Positions 10,704-21,515 are shown, numbered from the stretch's first letter. The stretch: DNA of 64,000 nt from an uncultured Desulfohalobiaceae bacterium (GCA_964494985.1 CAZBUB010000008.1:520-64519), one strand, 5' to 3'. Translations and numbers: made by a program. The notes: generated by a model from the letters alone, not told the origin.

Positions 10704-10730
10704 ACTCATTTTGCAGTAGGAGGAGGAGTT

Positions 10731-11357
10731 TTGGCAAGATATACTGAAGCGAAATGCAAGCTTTGTCGCAGGGAGGGAACCAAGATTTTCCTCAAAGGCG
10801 ATCGTTGCTATACAGATAAATGCCCTTTTGAGAGGAGGCCATATCCGCCAGGTCAACATGGCCGGAGGCGTAAGAAATCCACTGACTATGGCAACCAGCT
10901 TAGGGAGAAACAAAAAGTCAGGCGTATGTACGGCCTGATGGAGAAGCAGTTCCATAATATTTTCAAAAAGGCTGAGGCCAAAAAGGGAGTAACAGGTACG
11001 AACCTCCTGCAAGATATGGAGTTGCGTCTGGATAATGTGATTTATCGGATGGGATTTGCGAACTCCAGGGATCAAGCCAGGCAGCTGGTGAGACATGGAC
11101 ATTTTTTGCTCAATGGGAACAAGGCTGATATTCCTTCCATGCGTCTTTCGCTAGGAGATGTTTTGCAGGTTCGGGAAAAAAGCAAAAAGGTTGCTATTAT
11201 CCAGGAAGCCCAAGAAATATTGGCTCGCAGGGGAAGTCCTCAATGGCTGGAGATTGACAGTGAGAACTTTAAAGGTACTGTACAAGCCTTGCCACAAAGG
11301 GAGGATATCACCTTTCCCATCAATGAACACTTAATAATTGAGCTCTATTCAAAGTAG
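10731..11357 (+). CDS. rpsD: 30S ribosomal protein S4
   Basis: 208 aa with a TTG start after GGAGGAGGAG; [16 protein letters not shown].. fits S4. Confidence 0.97.
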   Translation: MARYTEAKCKLCRREGTKIFLKGDRCYTDKCPFERRPYPPGQHGRRRKKSTDYGNQLREKQKVRRMYGLMEKQFHNIFKKAEAKKGVTGTNLLQDMELRLDNVIYRMGFANSRDQARQLVRHGHFLLNGNKADIPSMRLSLGDVLQVREKSKKVAIIQEAQEILARRGSPQWLEIDSENFKGTVQALPQREDITFPINEHLIIELYSK

Positions 11358-11430
11358 TTTGTTTAGGAAAAGTGATGGTCTCTTGTGCTGGATCCCGGGT
11401 ATGGTGGTTAAATAAAAGCAGGTGGAGCAA

Positions 11431-12471
11431 ATGCTCATAAAGGATAAGGAAAAGACAATTAACTGCAAAAATTGGACAGAATTGGTCAAGCCAGAGCAAT
11501 TGATTAAGGATGAAAAATCCGGCGATACTTATGGCAGATTTGTATGCGAGCCTTTGGAACGTGGTTTTGGCACAACCCTAGGCAATGCTCTGCGCAGGGT
11601 GCTTTTATCTTCTTTGCAAGGTGCAGCAATAGTTGCTGTGAATATTGAAGGTGTACAACACGAGTTCACATCACTGCCTGGTGTGCAAGAGGATATTACG
11701 GATATAATACTTAACCTGAAGCAGGTCCGCCTGGCTATGGACACTGACGAACCCCAACGCCTGGAGCTGCATGCTAAGATGGCTGGGGAGGTCAAGGCCG
11801 GACAGATTCAGGGGAACCAGCATGTGCAAATCTTGAATCCAGAGCAGAAGATAGCCACCTTGGCCGAGGATAGAGATCTTAGAATGGAGCTGGAAGTTCG
11901 CATGGGCAAGTCCTATGTACCTGCTGAACAGCAAAAGGACTTCAGTGATCAAATTGGTCTTATTGTGTTAGACGCTAGCTTTTCCCCTATCCGTAAGGTA
12001 TCCTATAGAGTTGAGCAGGCCCGGGTGGGGCAGATGACAAATTATGACAAATTGATTCTGGAAATTTGGACAGATGGCTCCCTGAGACCAGAAGACAGCA
12101 TTGCTTACAGCGCCAAGATCCTCAAGGATCAGTTAAGCATATTTGTGAATTTTGATGAAGATACTACGAAAAATAACGAACCAGAATCCAGCTCAGACGA
12201 AATAGACCCCATATTGTTCAAGAACATCGAGGAACTAGAACTGTCGGTTAGGGCCAGCAACTGTTTGAAGAAGGCCAATATTCATACTGTTGGCGAGCTG
12301 GTGCAAAAGACCGAAGGTGAGCTTTTAAGGGCTAAAAATTTCGGCAGGAAATCCTTGGATGATATTTTAAAGGTACTAAATGATATGGGCCTTGAATTGG
12401 GCATGAAGCTCAAGAATTTTGATGAACAATACGAAAAATGGCTAAAGAGGAACGAGGATCATGAGGCATAA
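11431..12471 (+). CDS. rpoA: DNA-directed RNA polymerase alpha subunit
   Basis: ..[26 protein letters not shown].. is canonical RpoA. The start is either ATG 11431 or GTG 11422. Confidence 0.97.
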   Translation: MLIKDKEKTINCKNWTELVKPEQLIKDEKSGDTYGRFVCEPLERGFGTTLGNALRRVLLSSLQGAAIVAVNIEGVQHEFTSLPGVQEDITDIILNLKQVRLAMDTDEPQRLELHAKMAGEVKAGQIQGNQHVQILNPEQKIATLAEDRDLRMELEVRMGKSYVPAEQQKDFSDQIGLIVLDASFSPIRKVSYRVEQARVGQMTNYDKLILEIWTDGSLRPEDSIAYSAKILKDQLSIFVNFDEDTTKNNEPESSSDEIDPILFKNIEELELSVRASNCLKKANIHTVGELVQKTEGELLRAKNFGRKSLDDILKVLNDMGLELGMKLKNFDEQYEKWLKRNEDHEA

Positions 12472-12841
12472 GAAAAGCGGCAGAAAGCTGGGACGGACCT
12501 GGGAGCACCGTAAGGCCTTGTTCAAGAATTTGGCCAGGGCACTGGTTGCACAGGAGAAGATCCAGACCACAGAGCCGAAAGCCAAGGAGCTACGCAGGGT
12601 AACTGATAGACTGGTCAGCTTTGGGTTGAAGGATACTGTGCATGCCAGACGTCAAGCCTATAAAATCTTGGAGAGCAGGACGTTGGTTCAAAAGCTGTTC
12701 CAGGAGATAGCCCCTAGGTATGTGGATAGACCTGGTGGCTATACCAGAATCATTAAAGTTTCCAGGCCTAGGAGGGGCGATGGCGCGAGTATGGCTGTGG
12801 TCCAATTTACTCCTGAAAGCTCGAGCCAGAAAAAAGCATGA
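12461..12841 (+). CDS. rplQ: 50S ribosomal protein L17
   Basis: 126 aa; [20 protein letters not shown].. fits L17. It overlaps the rpoA end. Confidence 0.97.
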   Translation: MRHKKSGRKLGRTWEHRKALFKNLARALVAQEKIQTTEPKAKELRRVTDRLVSFGLKDTVHARRQAYKILESRTLVQKLFQEIAPRYVDRPGGYTRIIKVSRPRRGDGASMAVVQFTPESSSQKKA

Positions 12842-12867
12842 GATATCTACTATGGCATTTTTATTTT

Positions 12868-12892
12868 GCAGGCCTTAGGCCTGCTTTTTTTT
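12868..12892 (+). terminator. Rho-independent terminator of the ribosomal/rpoA operon
   Basis: GCAGGCC-TTA-GGCCTGC hairpin followed by T8, starting 27 nt after the rplQ stop. Confidence 0.85.
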
Positions 12893-12933
12893 GATGATAT
12901 GTATTCATTTTTTAGATGGAACAGATTATAAAA

Positions 12934-13866
12934 ATGGATCTTAGTAAACTCCAAAGCTTTTGCAGAGTCTATGAGCACTCCAGCTTCTCCAAGGCAGGCC
13001 AGGAGCTCTTTTTATCTCAACCCACAGTGAGTGCACATATACATAGTCTTGAATCAGAGCTGGGGATCCAGCTTTTTGATCGTTTGGGGCGCAGTGTACT
13101 GCCTACACCAGCTGGGAGAACCCTTTATGCCCATGCCAAGGAGGTCTTGCAGCAACTGCGCTCCGCCCAGGAAGCTGTGCAGCTCTTAAGGGACGAAGTT
13201 GCAGGGGAGCTGCATCTCGGGGGAAGCACCATACCTGCGAATCATTTGTTGCCCTACCTGATGCAGGTGTTTATGTGTCAACACCCAGGGGTGACCTTGC
13301 ACTTGGAGCTGGGGGATTCCCAGGAGATAATGCAGCGTATCAGGCAAGGGGATTTGGATCTGGCTGTAGTGGGCACCCAGAGCCGGGATCAAGAGCTGGA
13401 GGGTATGGCTATTTTGCACGATCATCTGGGGCTAGTGGGCACAAAATCTCTTGTGGCAAATTTTGAAACTTTTGAGCTGAAATCGTTATTGGCCCTGCCT
13501 TGGTTGGTTCGGGAGCACGGTTCAGGTACCAGGACGGCCTGGGAGGAGGCATTGAAATCTTTGGGACTTGGGCTCAGGGACCTTAAGATCGCAGCTGTAG
13601 TCCATAGCACCGGGGCTATGCTGGAATGTGCAGCGCACGGGTTGGGATTGGCTGTGACCTCCAGACTGGCTGCTGAGAATTATTTGGAGAATGGGGATTT
13701 ACTCTGGGTGCACGTCCCGGAGCTGCGTCTGCAGAGAAAGTTCTATGCCCTCCGGCATAAACGCAGGGGCCTTTTCCCTGCTGCCCAAAAGTTCTGGGAG
13801 CTGCTGCAAAGGCAGGCCCTCGTCTGGAAGAAGGATTGGCCAGGTGCATCTGATTTAAAAGTGTGA
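12934..13866 (+). CDS. LysR-family transcriptional regulator
   Basis: N-terminal wHTH (..SFSKAGQELFLSQPTVSAHIHSLE..) plus a LysR substrate-binding region. The ORF track starts at 12916; MDLSKLQSF at 12934 is the typical LysR N-terminus. Confidence 0.88.
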   Translation: MDLSKLQSFCRVYEHSSFSKAGQELFLSQPTVSAHIHSLESELGIQLFDRLGRSVLPTPAGRTLYAHAKEVLQQLRSAQEAVQLLRDEVAGELHLGGSTIPANHLLPYLMQVFMCQHPGVTLHLELGDSQEIMQRIRQGDLDLAVVGTQSRDQELEGMAILHDHLGLVGTKSLVANFETFELKSLLALPWLVREHGSGTRTAWEEALKSLGLGLRDLKIAAVVHSTGAMLECAAHGLGLAVTSRLAAENYLENGDLLWVHVPELRLQRKFYALRHKRRGLFPAAQKFWELLQRQALVWKKDWPGASDLKV

Positions 13867-14096
13867 GCGGATCTGGATGTTTTATGCATGATGTTTGCCG
13901 CTGGCACTGTTCTCTTTGCTTGCAGAACAGCTATTATGATTTACAATATGAGTAAAACCATGTGCAGTTTTTAATGAAGGGATAACTTGGATGCGGCTGG
14001 TCCAGGCATGAAAGTTGCCTCGTTATAAGTGGCCAGAGACAGCTAGATACCCGATGACAATCATGTCTTGAATGGGCACAACGAAATATGAAAAAG

Positions 14097-14774
14097 TTAG
14101 CAATTCCTTTCAGTTGAAACCTTGTCCAGGATAAGCTGCAAGACCTGCTCCAGGCTCAGGCTGGTGGTATCGATGATTGTGGCCTCTGCAGCAGGTAGCA
14201 GTGGAGCCAGCTCCCTTTCCTGGTCTTGGGTATCCCTGCGACGCATATCCTGCTCAATCCTGTCCAGATCGGCCTCAGTGCCCTGTGCCTGCAGCTGCAG
14301 CCAGCGCCTCCTGGCCCTTTCCTTGGGGCTGGCCTGGAGGAAGAACTTGAAGTTCGCCCAGGGAAAGACCACACTGCCCATATCCCTGCCCTCTGCCACC
14401 AGGGAATACTGCTTGCCCAGCTTCTGCTGCTGGCTTTTCAAAAAGGTTCTCACGCTGGGTCTCAGGCCCAGGCTCGAGGCGAGAAGGCCCACCTCTTCGC
14501 TGCGTATCTCCGGATCCAAAGGGACATTGTTAAGGAGCAGCTCGCTTTTCCGGGCATCCTTGTGCAGGCTGAATTCCAGGGACTGAAGTTCTTTCTCAAG
14601 TCTTGCCTCCTGCCAGTGCTGGCTCTGCTGGCCCAAGCGATGGGCCAGGGCCCTGAACATGGCCCCGGAATCCAGATAGACGATATCCAGTTTATCAGCC
14701 ACAGCACGGGCAAGTGTGGTCTTCCCAGCACCAGCAGGCCCATCAATAGTGATCAAAAGACTAGTTTCGGACAT
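14097..14774 (-). CDS. cmk: cytidylate kinase
   Basis: 225 aa; ITIDGPAGAGKTTLARAVA..YLDSGAMFRA is Cmk-like. It overlaps the hisC stop by 1 nt. Confidence 0.9.
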   Translation of the reverse strand: MSETSLLITIDGPAGAGKTTLARAVADKLDIVYLDSGAMFRALAHRLGQQSQHWQEARLEKELQSLEFSLHKDARKSELLLNNVPLDPEIRSEEVGLLASSLGLRPSVRTFLKSQQQKLGKQYSLVAEGRDMGSVVFPWANFKFFLQASPKERARRRWLQLQAQGTEADLDRIEQDMRRRDTQDQERELAPLLPAAEATIIDTTSLSLEQVLQLILDKVSTERNC

Positions 14775-15874
14775 TACTTGAGGATTTCCTGCATAAGCTG
14801 CAAAAGCAGCTGGTTTTCTTCAGGCTTGCCAATGCTGACGCGAAGATGGTCACCCAGGCCGTAGCTTTCCAGGGATCGAAGGATCAACCCCTGGCGCAAA
14901 AGCTCTTCAAACAGAACTTTGGCTGAAACTGGAGGTTGGAAAAGCAGGAAATTGGCCTGGGAGGGATAGACCCTGCAGCCCAGCTCCTGCAGACCCTTTT
15001 GGAGATAGCGTCTGCCCTGGATAATTGTTTCTCTGGTGGTCTGGTAGTGATTTTTGTCCTTAAGGGCTGCTATGCCGGCTTGTTCAGCCATAAGATTGAC
15101 GCTGAAAGGCAATTTGATTCGTTGCAGATAGTCCGCAAGCTGGCTGGGCAAAACTGCGTATCCAAGTCTGAGCCCGGCCAGGCCGAAAATTTTGGAGAAA
15201 GTGCGCAACACTACAGTGTTTTGCAGAGAATCAAATAAGGAAAGGGCGCTGGTGTCCTCAGGCTGGTCAGCAAACTCCACATAGGCTTCATCCACCACCA
15301 AGAGACAATTTTGGGGTAAACGCTCGGCCAAGGATTTTATGTCCCTGGCTGGGACAGAGTAGCCGGAAGGATTGTCCGGGTTGGTGATAAAGACCAGAGC
15401 AGTTTGGTCATTCACCTTTTGCAAAAGCCCTGAAAAGGGAAAGCTAAAATCAGGATTCAAGGGCACTCTTCTAGTCTCGATCCCAAAAAGCAGGGCCTGG
15501 GAATAGTAGATGCTAAAGCAGGGCTCGAACATGACTGCATTGTTCTGGCCAGGCTCTGCTTTGACCCTGAATAGCAGATCAATGATTTCGTCTGAGCCAT
15601 TCCCTATAAAAATACAGCCAGGTGGGACTCCCAGCTCCTGGGCCAGAGACTGGCGAAGCTCAGGACATCCGGCCCTAGGGTATCTAAAGGCTTGGGAGAT
15701 GTTTTTTTCCAGGGCTTTCTGGGCCAGAGACGGGGTGCCCAGGGGGTTTTCATTGCTGGCCAGCTTGACAACTTTTTGCAACTGGAAAAGCTTTTCAATT
15801 TCTTGTGTGGAAAGCCCCGGGGAGTACGGGGGAATTTTGTGTACCAGATTTCGAACCTGGGCTAAGAGTTTCAT
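14774..15874 (-). CDS. hisC: histidinol-phosphate aminotransferase (class II aminotransferase)
   Basis: 366 aa; ..KLASNENPLG.. and ..RTFSKIFGLAGLRLGY.. (PLP lysine motif) fit HisC. Confidence 0.88.
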   Translation of the reverse strand: MKLLAQVRNLVHKIPPYSPGLSTQEIEKLFQLQKVVKLASNENPLGTPSLAQKALEKNISQAFRYPRAGCPELRQSLAQELGVPPGCIFIGNGSDEIIDLLFRVKAEPGQNNAVMFEPCFSIYYSQALLFGIETRRVPLNPDFSFPFSGLLQKVNDQTALVFITNPDNPSGYSVPARDIKSLAERLPQNCLLVVDEAYVEFADQPEDTSALSLFDSLQNTVVLRTFSKIFGLAGLRLGYAVLPSQLADYLQRIKLPFSVNLMAEQAGIAALKDKNHYQTTRETIIQGRRYLQKGLQELGCRVYPSQANFLLFQPPVSAKVLFEELLRQGLILRSLESYGLGDHLRVSIGKPEENQLLLQLMQEILK

Positions 15875-15891
15875 GTGAAAGCACCTTGCTT

Positions 15892-18207
15892 CTATCTGGT
15901 TTCCAGGATCCTGGGCTGGATGAAGATGAGCAGCTCATCCTTACGCTGTTCCTGATAGTTGTTTTTGAAGAGATTGCCCAACAGGGGCAGCTTAGCCAAT
16001 CCTGGAACTCTGCCCCTGGAGCTTTGCTCCCTAACTTGCTGAACACCTCCCAGGACAATGGTCTGTCCGTTTTCCACCATGAGCTTGGTCTGGGTCCTTC
16101 TGGTCTCAATATCATCCCCTGTTCCCTTGTTGTCGTCAGTGATATCCAGATCAAGGAGTATCCTGTTATCCGGGGTTATCTGTGGGGTGACCACCAACTT
16201 GAGCAGGGCGTCCACATACTCGGTGAGGGTGTTCCCTGCCTCATCCAGTTTTTCTGTGCGGATCCTGGTGCCCTGTTCGATCTCCGCCTTTTGATTGGTC
16301 AAGGTCAGAACCCTGGGCGATGATATAGTCTGGGCTTGGCCTTGCTCCTCGCCAAGGGAGAGTTGGGCATCCAGGGCGAACATATCAGTACCGCTTAGTT
16401 TCTGCACAAAAGCGCCCAGGCCAAAGGTGGCCTGGCCCTCCTGGGGCAGATTGACCATGTAGCCGTCGCTGGTAGGGGACACTCCATATTCCAGGTCCCC
16501 GCCCCTGGCAGAGCCTGAATATTCACCCCCCCATCTCATGCCCAAGCCCCTTTGAAAATTGTCAGTAGCGTAAACCAGCCTGGCCTGGATCAAAACTTGT
16601 CGCTCAGGTCGGTCCAGCTTCTGGGTTACTCCCTGGATTTGATCTAACTTTTCTGCTGTATCCGAGACTATGAGCTGGTTGGTGCGGCTGTCCACGCTGA
16701 CTTGTCCCCTTTTAGAGAGGAAGCTGCTCACTTGGGGTTCAAGCTGGGCTGCAGTAGCGTAGTTGATCTGGATGTATTCTGTCTGTAAGGGGGCGATCTC
16801 CTCCTGGCTCTTCTGGGCCTCAAGGGCGGATTTGCGAGCCTGAATAATGCGCTGTCTTTCATTTTCCAGCTTTTTTGCAGTGGAAATACGCATTATATTC
16901 CCTTTACGAACTCGTCCCAGATCCTTTTGCATCAGGACCAAGTCCAGGGCCTGATCCCAGGGGACCTTGATCAGCTTGAGGGAAATTTTGCCCTGGACAT
17001 CTTCATCCAGGATCAGGTTAAAATCCCCTACTTCTGCGATCAGGCGCAGCACGTGCTCTATCTCAGCATCCTGCAGGTCAATGGAAATGGGTTCTCCTTG
17101 GTAGTTTTCCTGCAGGCCAGGGAAAACTTCAGGAGAATCCAGGCCAGCGCCCTGCAGCATGGTATCCGTTTCTGGAGATGGAATTTGTTCCGGACTTATC
17201 CTGGTCTTTCGATTGCCAGCCTTTGCCTGTTCCAGCTTCTGGTCGGTTTCCAGGCCTGGATCCTTTTCCTGTTTAGGACTGGCAATGTCCTGGAAGGTGA
17301 TCAGGAGTTGATTACCCTTGCGCTCCAGATTGAAAGGCACCCTTTGCTTGAGACTTACGCGCAGCTCGGTGCCTGAGTCAGCTTCTTGCAGCCATAAAGA
17401 CTTGGCAGCAGCCTGGAATTTGTTCAGGTTGTAGAACTTGTCCAGGGCCTCAGGGACTTCCAGCTGAGGCAGGATGATCTTGATCTCACGTTCTTTTTGG
17501 GGCAGGGGTTGGTACTGGATAGGCTTGGTAGCTTCTAAGATGATTCTCAATTGCCTGTCCTGGTCCAGACTGAAGTCCAGATCCTGCAGCTTGGGGCTGG
17601 GCTCAGAGGGTTTGTCTTGCTTATCCTGGGCTGTATTTGTATCCCTATCAGTCTGCAGTCTGGAGTTGGATATCAAAGACAGGCGCACCTGGCCAGGCTC
17701 ACTGTGGGAAACTAGAAACTGAACAGGTTGGCTTAGCTTGAGCCTTAAGGCGCTTATGTTTTGGGAATCTTGAGGCAGGAAGTCTATGCTTTGAATTGGA
17801 CAGGACTTTGGAATCTTTGCCAAATCAGGCTTGGGGATTGGCGTGGAGAACTCCAGCCTAAGTTCAGGGTGTTCGTATCCCGCCTGGACCTGGGCTTTAT
17901 TAGGGGCGGGAATCAATAGCAGGCAGGAGCCCTGCTTTTGCTCTTGAAATGTAATTTTTTCAAGTTTGGTAGTTGATGTCTGATCCCGGGGCTCCTTTCG
18001 GGAAGCCTCTTCTGGCAGCTGGGTGAAGGTCTGATTGATCTGGGTCCCGGTATCTTGAATCAAATCCTGGTCTGGTTGGCTCTTGGGTGTGGAGCTTGTA
18101 CTGCAGCCCCAGATGGGAAAACCAAGCAGCAGAAGATAAAGCCAAACATTGGCTAACATGTTGAGAGTCCAGAAAGTATTGGGGGTGCGCTTCTGGTTAT
18201 TCATCAT
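15892..18207 (-). CDS. pilQ: type IV pilus secretin PilQ
   Basis: C-terminal secretin domain (..VPGLAKLPLLGNLFK..), following pilMNOP. The start is probably ATGATG at 18207, overlapping the pilP stop; the ORF track extends to 18243. Confidence 0.92.
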   Translation of the reverse strand: MMNNQKRTPNTFWTLNMLANVWLYLLLLGFPIWGCSTSSTPKSQPDQDLIQDTGTQINQTFTQLPEEASRKEPRDQTSTTKLEKITFQEQKQGSCLLLIPAPNKAQVQAGYEHPELRLEFSTPIPKPDLAKIPKSCPIQSIDFLPQDSQNISALRLKLSQPVQFLVSHSEPGQVRLSLISNSRLQTDRDTNTAQDKQDKPSEPSPKLQDLDFSLDQDRQLRIILEATKPIQYQPLPQKEREIKIILPQLEVPEALDKFYNLNKFQAAAKSLWLQEADSGTELRVSLKQRVPFNLERKGNQLLITFQDIASPKQEKDPGLETDQKLEQAKAGNRKTRISPEQIPSPETDTMLQGAGLDSPEVFPGLQENYQGEPISIDLQDAEIEHVLRLIAEVGDFNLILDEDVQGKISLKLIKVPWDQALDLVLMQKDLGRVRKGNIMRISTAKKLENERQRIIQARKSALEAQKSQEEIAPLQTEYIQINYATAAQLEPQVSSFLSKRGQVSVDSRTNQLIVSDTAEKLDQIQGVTQKLDRPERQVLIQARLVYATDNFQRGLGMRWGGEYSGSARGGDLEYGVSPTSDGYMVNLPQEGQATFGLGAFVQKLSGTDMFALDAQLSLGEEQGQAQTISSPRVLTLTNQKAEIEQGTRIRTEKLDEAGNTLTEYVDALLKLVVTPQITPDNRILLDLDITDDNKGTGDDIETRRTQTKLMVENGQTIVLGGVQQVREQSSRGRVPGLAKLPLLGNLFKNNYQEQRKDELLIFIQPRILETR

Positions 18208-18778
18208 TGTCACCTGCTGAGTGCTGCAGCTTGAGGACCACATTTTTGGTCTCTTCCTGGCCAGTTATGGTCTTGGTACGCTCTTGGATAAGTACCTGGC
18301 TGGGAGAGATGTTGACTACCTTGCCCTGATGAGCGCCCACCTTAGTTCCTTTTCGCAAAACATAGCCCTTGCCGTTGGGCAACTCCACCATGGCCAGCGC
18401 CTGTTCAGGCTGCTGCGAATCCCAAAGCACGCCTACCAATCTTAGTTGGCTGGGACTGACCCTTTCCAAGGGGGTTTGGATCCGCTGGGGCTGCTGTTGT
18501 GTCCTTGGTTGTTCCCGAGCTTCTTCAGGCTTAATAAAGGAACGAAAGGGATCAGGTTTGTCCTTAGGGCTATAGTCAAAGCTGGTGGGTTGGATCCATT
18601 GAGGCTGGGAATCTTGTTCGAGATTTTTGGCTTGAGCTTGGAGCATTGCAGGCTGTAGGCCAGAGAGGCAAAGCCCGAGGCATAGCAGCACAAGCCATGT
18701 CATAAGGCTAAGGTCCTGCTGCACCTTAGGCTTTAAGGCTTTATGTCTTGATATTGAGCTTTGGCGTATTCGGAGCAT
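18197..18778 (-). CDS. pilP: type IV pilus assembly protein PilP
   Basis: Small protein between pilO and pilQ with a hydrophobic N-terminus (..LVLLCLGLC..) and a C-terminal beta-domain. An alternative start at Met26 (18703) is possible. Confidence 0.75.
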   Translation of the reverse strand: MLRIRQSSISRHKALKPKVQQDLSLMTWLVLLCLGLCLSGLQPAMLQAQAKNLEQDSQPQWIQPTSFDYSPKDKPDPFRSFIKPEEAREQPRTQQQPQRIQTPLERVSPSQLRLVGVLWDSQQPEQALAMVELPNGKGYVLRKGTKVGAHQGKVVNISPSQVLIQERTKTITGQEETKNVVLKLQHSAGDNDE

Positions 18779-18811
18779 TTGTTGTCTATCCCTGGCTCTT
18801 GCCCCATTGGG

Positions 18812-19420
18812 CTAGTCCTTTTCCTGCTCTTGGAGCTCTTCTTCAGTCAAAGCTCTATAGACAGCAATCCTGGCCGGGGCCATAAGTTTGACTTCTGGTC
18901 CCGACTGCGGGCCCTCAGGTTGCAATCTCAGGCTTTCAAGTGTCACTAGTCGGTTAAGCCTGGACATGCGACTGAAATACTGCATCAGGTTATGAAAAGG
19001 TCCCTGTACTCTGAGGTTGACCAGCTGTATTGCATAGAATTCCTGCACTTCCTCCTGTCCGGGTTCAAAAAGCAGAAATTCCACACCCACGTCTTTGCCG
19101 AGCTTTTCAATTTCCGCCAGCAGGTTTTCCACATCGTGCATGCTTTCTGGAAGGAGGCTCTGGGCATAAGCCAGCTCCCTTTGCCTGGATTGAAAATTCT
19201 TTTCTAGCTCTGGCAACTGACTGACCTGCTGGGAATAATTCGCGAGCTCTTTGTCCAGGTTAGAAATTGCCTCCCGGTGTCTTGATATCCGCTGCAGGGA
19301 GTCCTGCAAAAAAAAGAGCCAATACAGGGCCAGCAAAAGGGTAAAACACGCAACAAGGAAAAAGATTTTCCTGCCGAGGCTTAGACTATCGATTTTTTGC
19401 AATAGGTCCTGTTTATTCAT
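18812..19420 (-). CDS. pilO: type IV pilus assembly protein PilO
   Basis: 202 aa with a single N-terminal TM segment plus coiled coil. Its position and an 8-nt overlap with pilN fit PilO. Confidence 0.8.
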   Translation of the reverse strand: MNKQDLLQKIDSLSLGRKIFFLVACFTLLLALYWLFFLQDSLQRISRHREAISNLDKELANYSQQVSQLPELEKNFQSRQRELAYAQSLLPESMHDVENLLAEIEKLGKDVGVEFLLFEPGQEEVQEFYAIQLVNLRVQGPFHNLMQYFSRMSRLNRLVTLESLRLQPEGPQSGPEVKLMAPARIAVYRALTEEELQEQEKD

Positions 19421-19982
19421 TCTGTACCTTTTGCTTTTGCCTGACAGGTCTGATCTGGCAGCTGAAAGCGATCAAGTTCAGGTTATTTATCTCCTTGCGA
19501 GAGGTTTGCCTGAGCGAGATGTCCTGGATATAATCAGAAGCCCGCAGCCTTTGCACATAAGCGGCAAAGGACTGATTGTCCAAAGCGATGCCCTCTAAGC
19601 TGATAACTCCCTGGGCATTGAGATGCAGGGATTCAAACCAGATTCTTTCCCGGGGCAAATTGGACACCAATTCGTCCATATAACGCACTGGCTTGGGCTG
19701 CTTGAGCCTGATTTTTTTGATGATCTCGATTTTTTCTTGGGTTTCCTCCAGTTTATTCCGTAGGCTGTTTACCTTGGCCACCCGTTCCAAGAGCTCTTGT
19801 TTACGCTTTTGCTTTTCCAGTTGGGTCTGTTCCAATCTTTTGGCTTGCTGTTCCAGCCTGTATTGGTTAAAGCCTGCAGCCAGAACAAAAATTGTAAGCA
19901 AAGCAACAAACAGTGTCAGCTCTTTGCCTGCCCTGGAGACTTTGGCCCTTTGTTGTCTAGGAAGCAGGTTGATGCGAATCAT
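19413..19982 (-). CDS. pilN: type IV pilus assembly protein PilN
   Basis: MIRINLLP.. is the conserved PilN N-terminus, followed by one TM segment and a coiled coil. Confidence 0.85.
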   Translation of the reverse strand: MIRINLLPRQQRAKVSRAGKELTLFVALLTIFVLAAGFNQYRLEQQAKRLEQTQLEKQKRKQELLERVAKVNSLRNKLEETQEKIEIIKKIRLKQPKPVRYMDELVSNLPRERIWFESLHLNAQGVISLEGIALDNQSFAAYVQRLRASDYIQDISLRQTSRKEINNLNLIAFSCQIRPVRQKQKVQNE

Positions 19983-20013
19983 ATTCCAGGATCCAGTCTA
20001 GGTTTTGTCTCTG

Positions 20014-21066
20014 CTAAACTATTTTCCGCAAGGCCAGGCCTACAGCTATAGTGAATTGAGGGCCAATGCTCTGCAGATAGGCCGGATCAAAACTCCTGCT
20101 GTCCCATGTTAAGCGACGAAACGGATCCAGGAGCTGAACCTTTAGATCCAGATTGTGAGCCAGGCTGGAAATTAATCCAGGCAGAAGACTGCCTCCGCCA
20201 GACAAGAAAAGTCGTCCGGGCTGGGTCTCTTCCTGCAAAGAGCCTTGGTAGAAATTGATCAGGCGTTGAATCTCAGAACTCCAGTTTGAATAGAGCCTTT
20301 CTTTCTCCCGGGTCAGGATCTCCTGTTCTTGTTCAGGCATGTCGTCTGCTTGCTGAATGTGCAGCTTTTCCAGCTCCTGCTGGGGTTTGTCCAGCACAGA
20401 AGCTAGCTTTTCCTGGAGCTGTTTGGCCCCAAGGTCCATGTCCCGTACTAAGACCGGCCTGGATTGGGCATAGACACAAAAAGTTGAGTGCGCTGAACCA
20501 ATATCCAGTATATAGCTGCTATGTCCATTGTATTCAGGATAGCTGAATTCAAAGCAGTTGCTCAAGGCGAAACCATCAACGTCCAGAATCAATGCCCCCA
20601 GCCCTGCTGCAGAAAAAATGTTCTGCAAATCTTGGACCATTTGTTTTTTGCTGGCCACCAGAATCAAATTTTGGGTGCCTTCCTGTTGGCCTGGGCCCAT
20701 AAGCTGGAAGTCCAGATAGACATCCTGCATGTCAAAAGGGATGTATTCCTGGGCCTGGGCCAGAACCGTTTGTTGCATGTCCCGTGACCTGCGCACAGGA
20801 AGATCGAGCTGTTTAATAATCACAGAGTGGCCAGCCAAGGAGGAGACCATGCTTTGCTGTCGAATTTCTAGACTATCCCAAAAAGTACGGAGACTTTCCC
20901 CAAGCCGCTCCGGCTGCTTCAGTTCTTCCTGCTTAAGGGGCATCCTGCCCAGCCGTTGAAGCTGGATTTTTTTCTTGCCTTCAGCAAGGCAGACAGCCTT
21001 GGCCCAACCTTGCCCCAGATCAAGGGCAGGGGAGATTTTTCTTTGCCAAAGTTTCCAGTTCTTCAT
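20014..21066 (-). CDS. pilM: type IV pilus assembly ATPase-like protein PilM
   Basis: 350 aa actin-like fold protein (..LDIGSAHST.., ..LSGGGSLLPGL..) at the head of pilNOPQ. Confidence 0.88.
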   Translation of the reverse strand: MKNWKLWQRKISPALDLGQGWAKAVCLAEGKKKIQLQRLGRMPLKQEELKQPERLGESLRTFWDSLEIRQQSMVSSLAGHSVIIKQLDLPVRRSRDMQQTVLAQAQEYIPFDMQDVYLDFQLMGPGQQEGTQNLILVASKKQMVQDLQNIFSAAGLGALILDVDGFALSNCFEFSYPEYNGHSSYILDIGSAHSTFCVYAQSRPVLVRDMDLGAKQLQEKLASVLDKPQQELEKLHIQQADDMPEQEQEILTREKERLYSNWSSEIQRLINFYQGSLQEETQPGRLFLSGGGSLLPGLISSLAHNLDLKVQLLDPFRRLTWDSRSFDPAYLQSIGPQFTIAVGLALRKIV

Positions 21067-21515
21067 TATTTTGTTGGCTGAGGCCTTAAGGTTAAGACTG
21101 GGATACTGGCGCTTTTGACCACCCTTTCTGCTACAGAGCCAAAAAGGATGCGGTCTATGCCTTTCCTGCCGTGGGTGCCCATGACTATCAAGTCTACCTG
21201 GTGTTGATCCGCAAAGTTCAGGATCTCTTCTGCTGCATACCCACTGAGTACATGACCTGTGGCTTTGATTTTGGAGAGATTTTCTTGGATGAATTTATTC
21301 ATGGTTTCCTCAGCCCCGGAGATGATTTCGTTGACAAAATTTTCTATGGAGCCGGGCGAGACCTGGAAGCCTACATATTGGGCTAGCGTAGGGGCAACAT
21401 AGAGTGCATGTACTTCAGCATTTAGAGCATGAGCTAGGGTCTGGGCATAATCTGCTATTTGGGGGCTGTACTCGGCAAAGTCTACCGCACAAAGGATGCT
21501 TTTGATCTGGGCCAT
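21066..21515 (-). CDS. universal stress protein (UspA family)
   Basis: 149 aa; ..ILCAVDFAEYS.. and ..DLIVMGTHGRKGIDRILFGSVAERVV.. fit UspA. Its TAATG stop/start overlaps pilM. Confidence 0.9.
   Translation of the reverse strand: MAQIKSILCAVDFAEYSPQIADYAQTLAHALNAEVHALYVAPTLAQYVGFQVSPGSIENFVNEIISGAEETMNKFIQENLSKIKATGHVLSGYAAEEILNFADQHQVDLIVMGTHGRKGIDRILFGSVAERVVKSASIPVLTLRPQPTK

Noticed and set aside
13867-14096. A possible small Cys-rich ORF (MHDVCRWHCSLC.., 23 aa) or sRNA in the convergent LysR/cmk gap.
   Set aside because: There is no SD, no terminator and no conservation evidence available. Nothing distinguishes it from chance.
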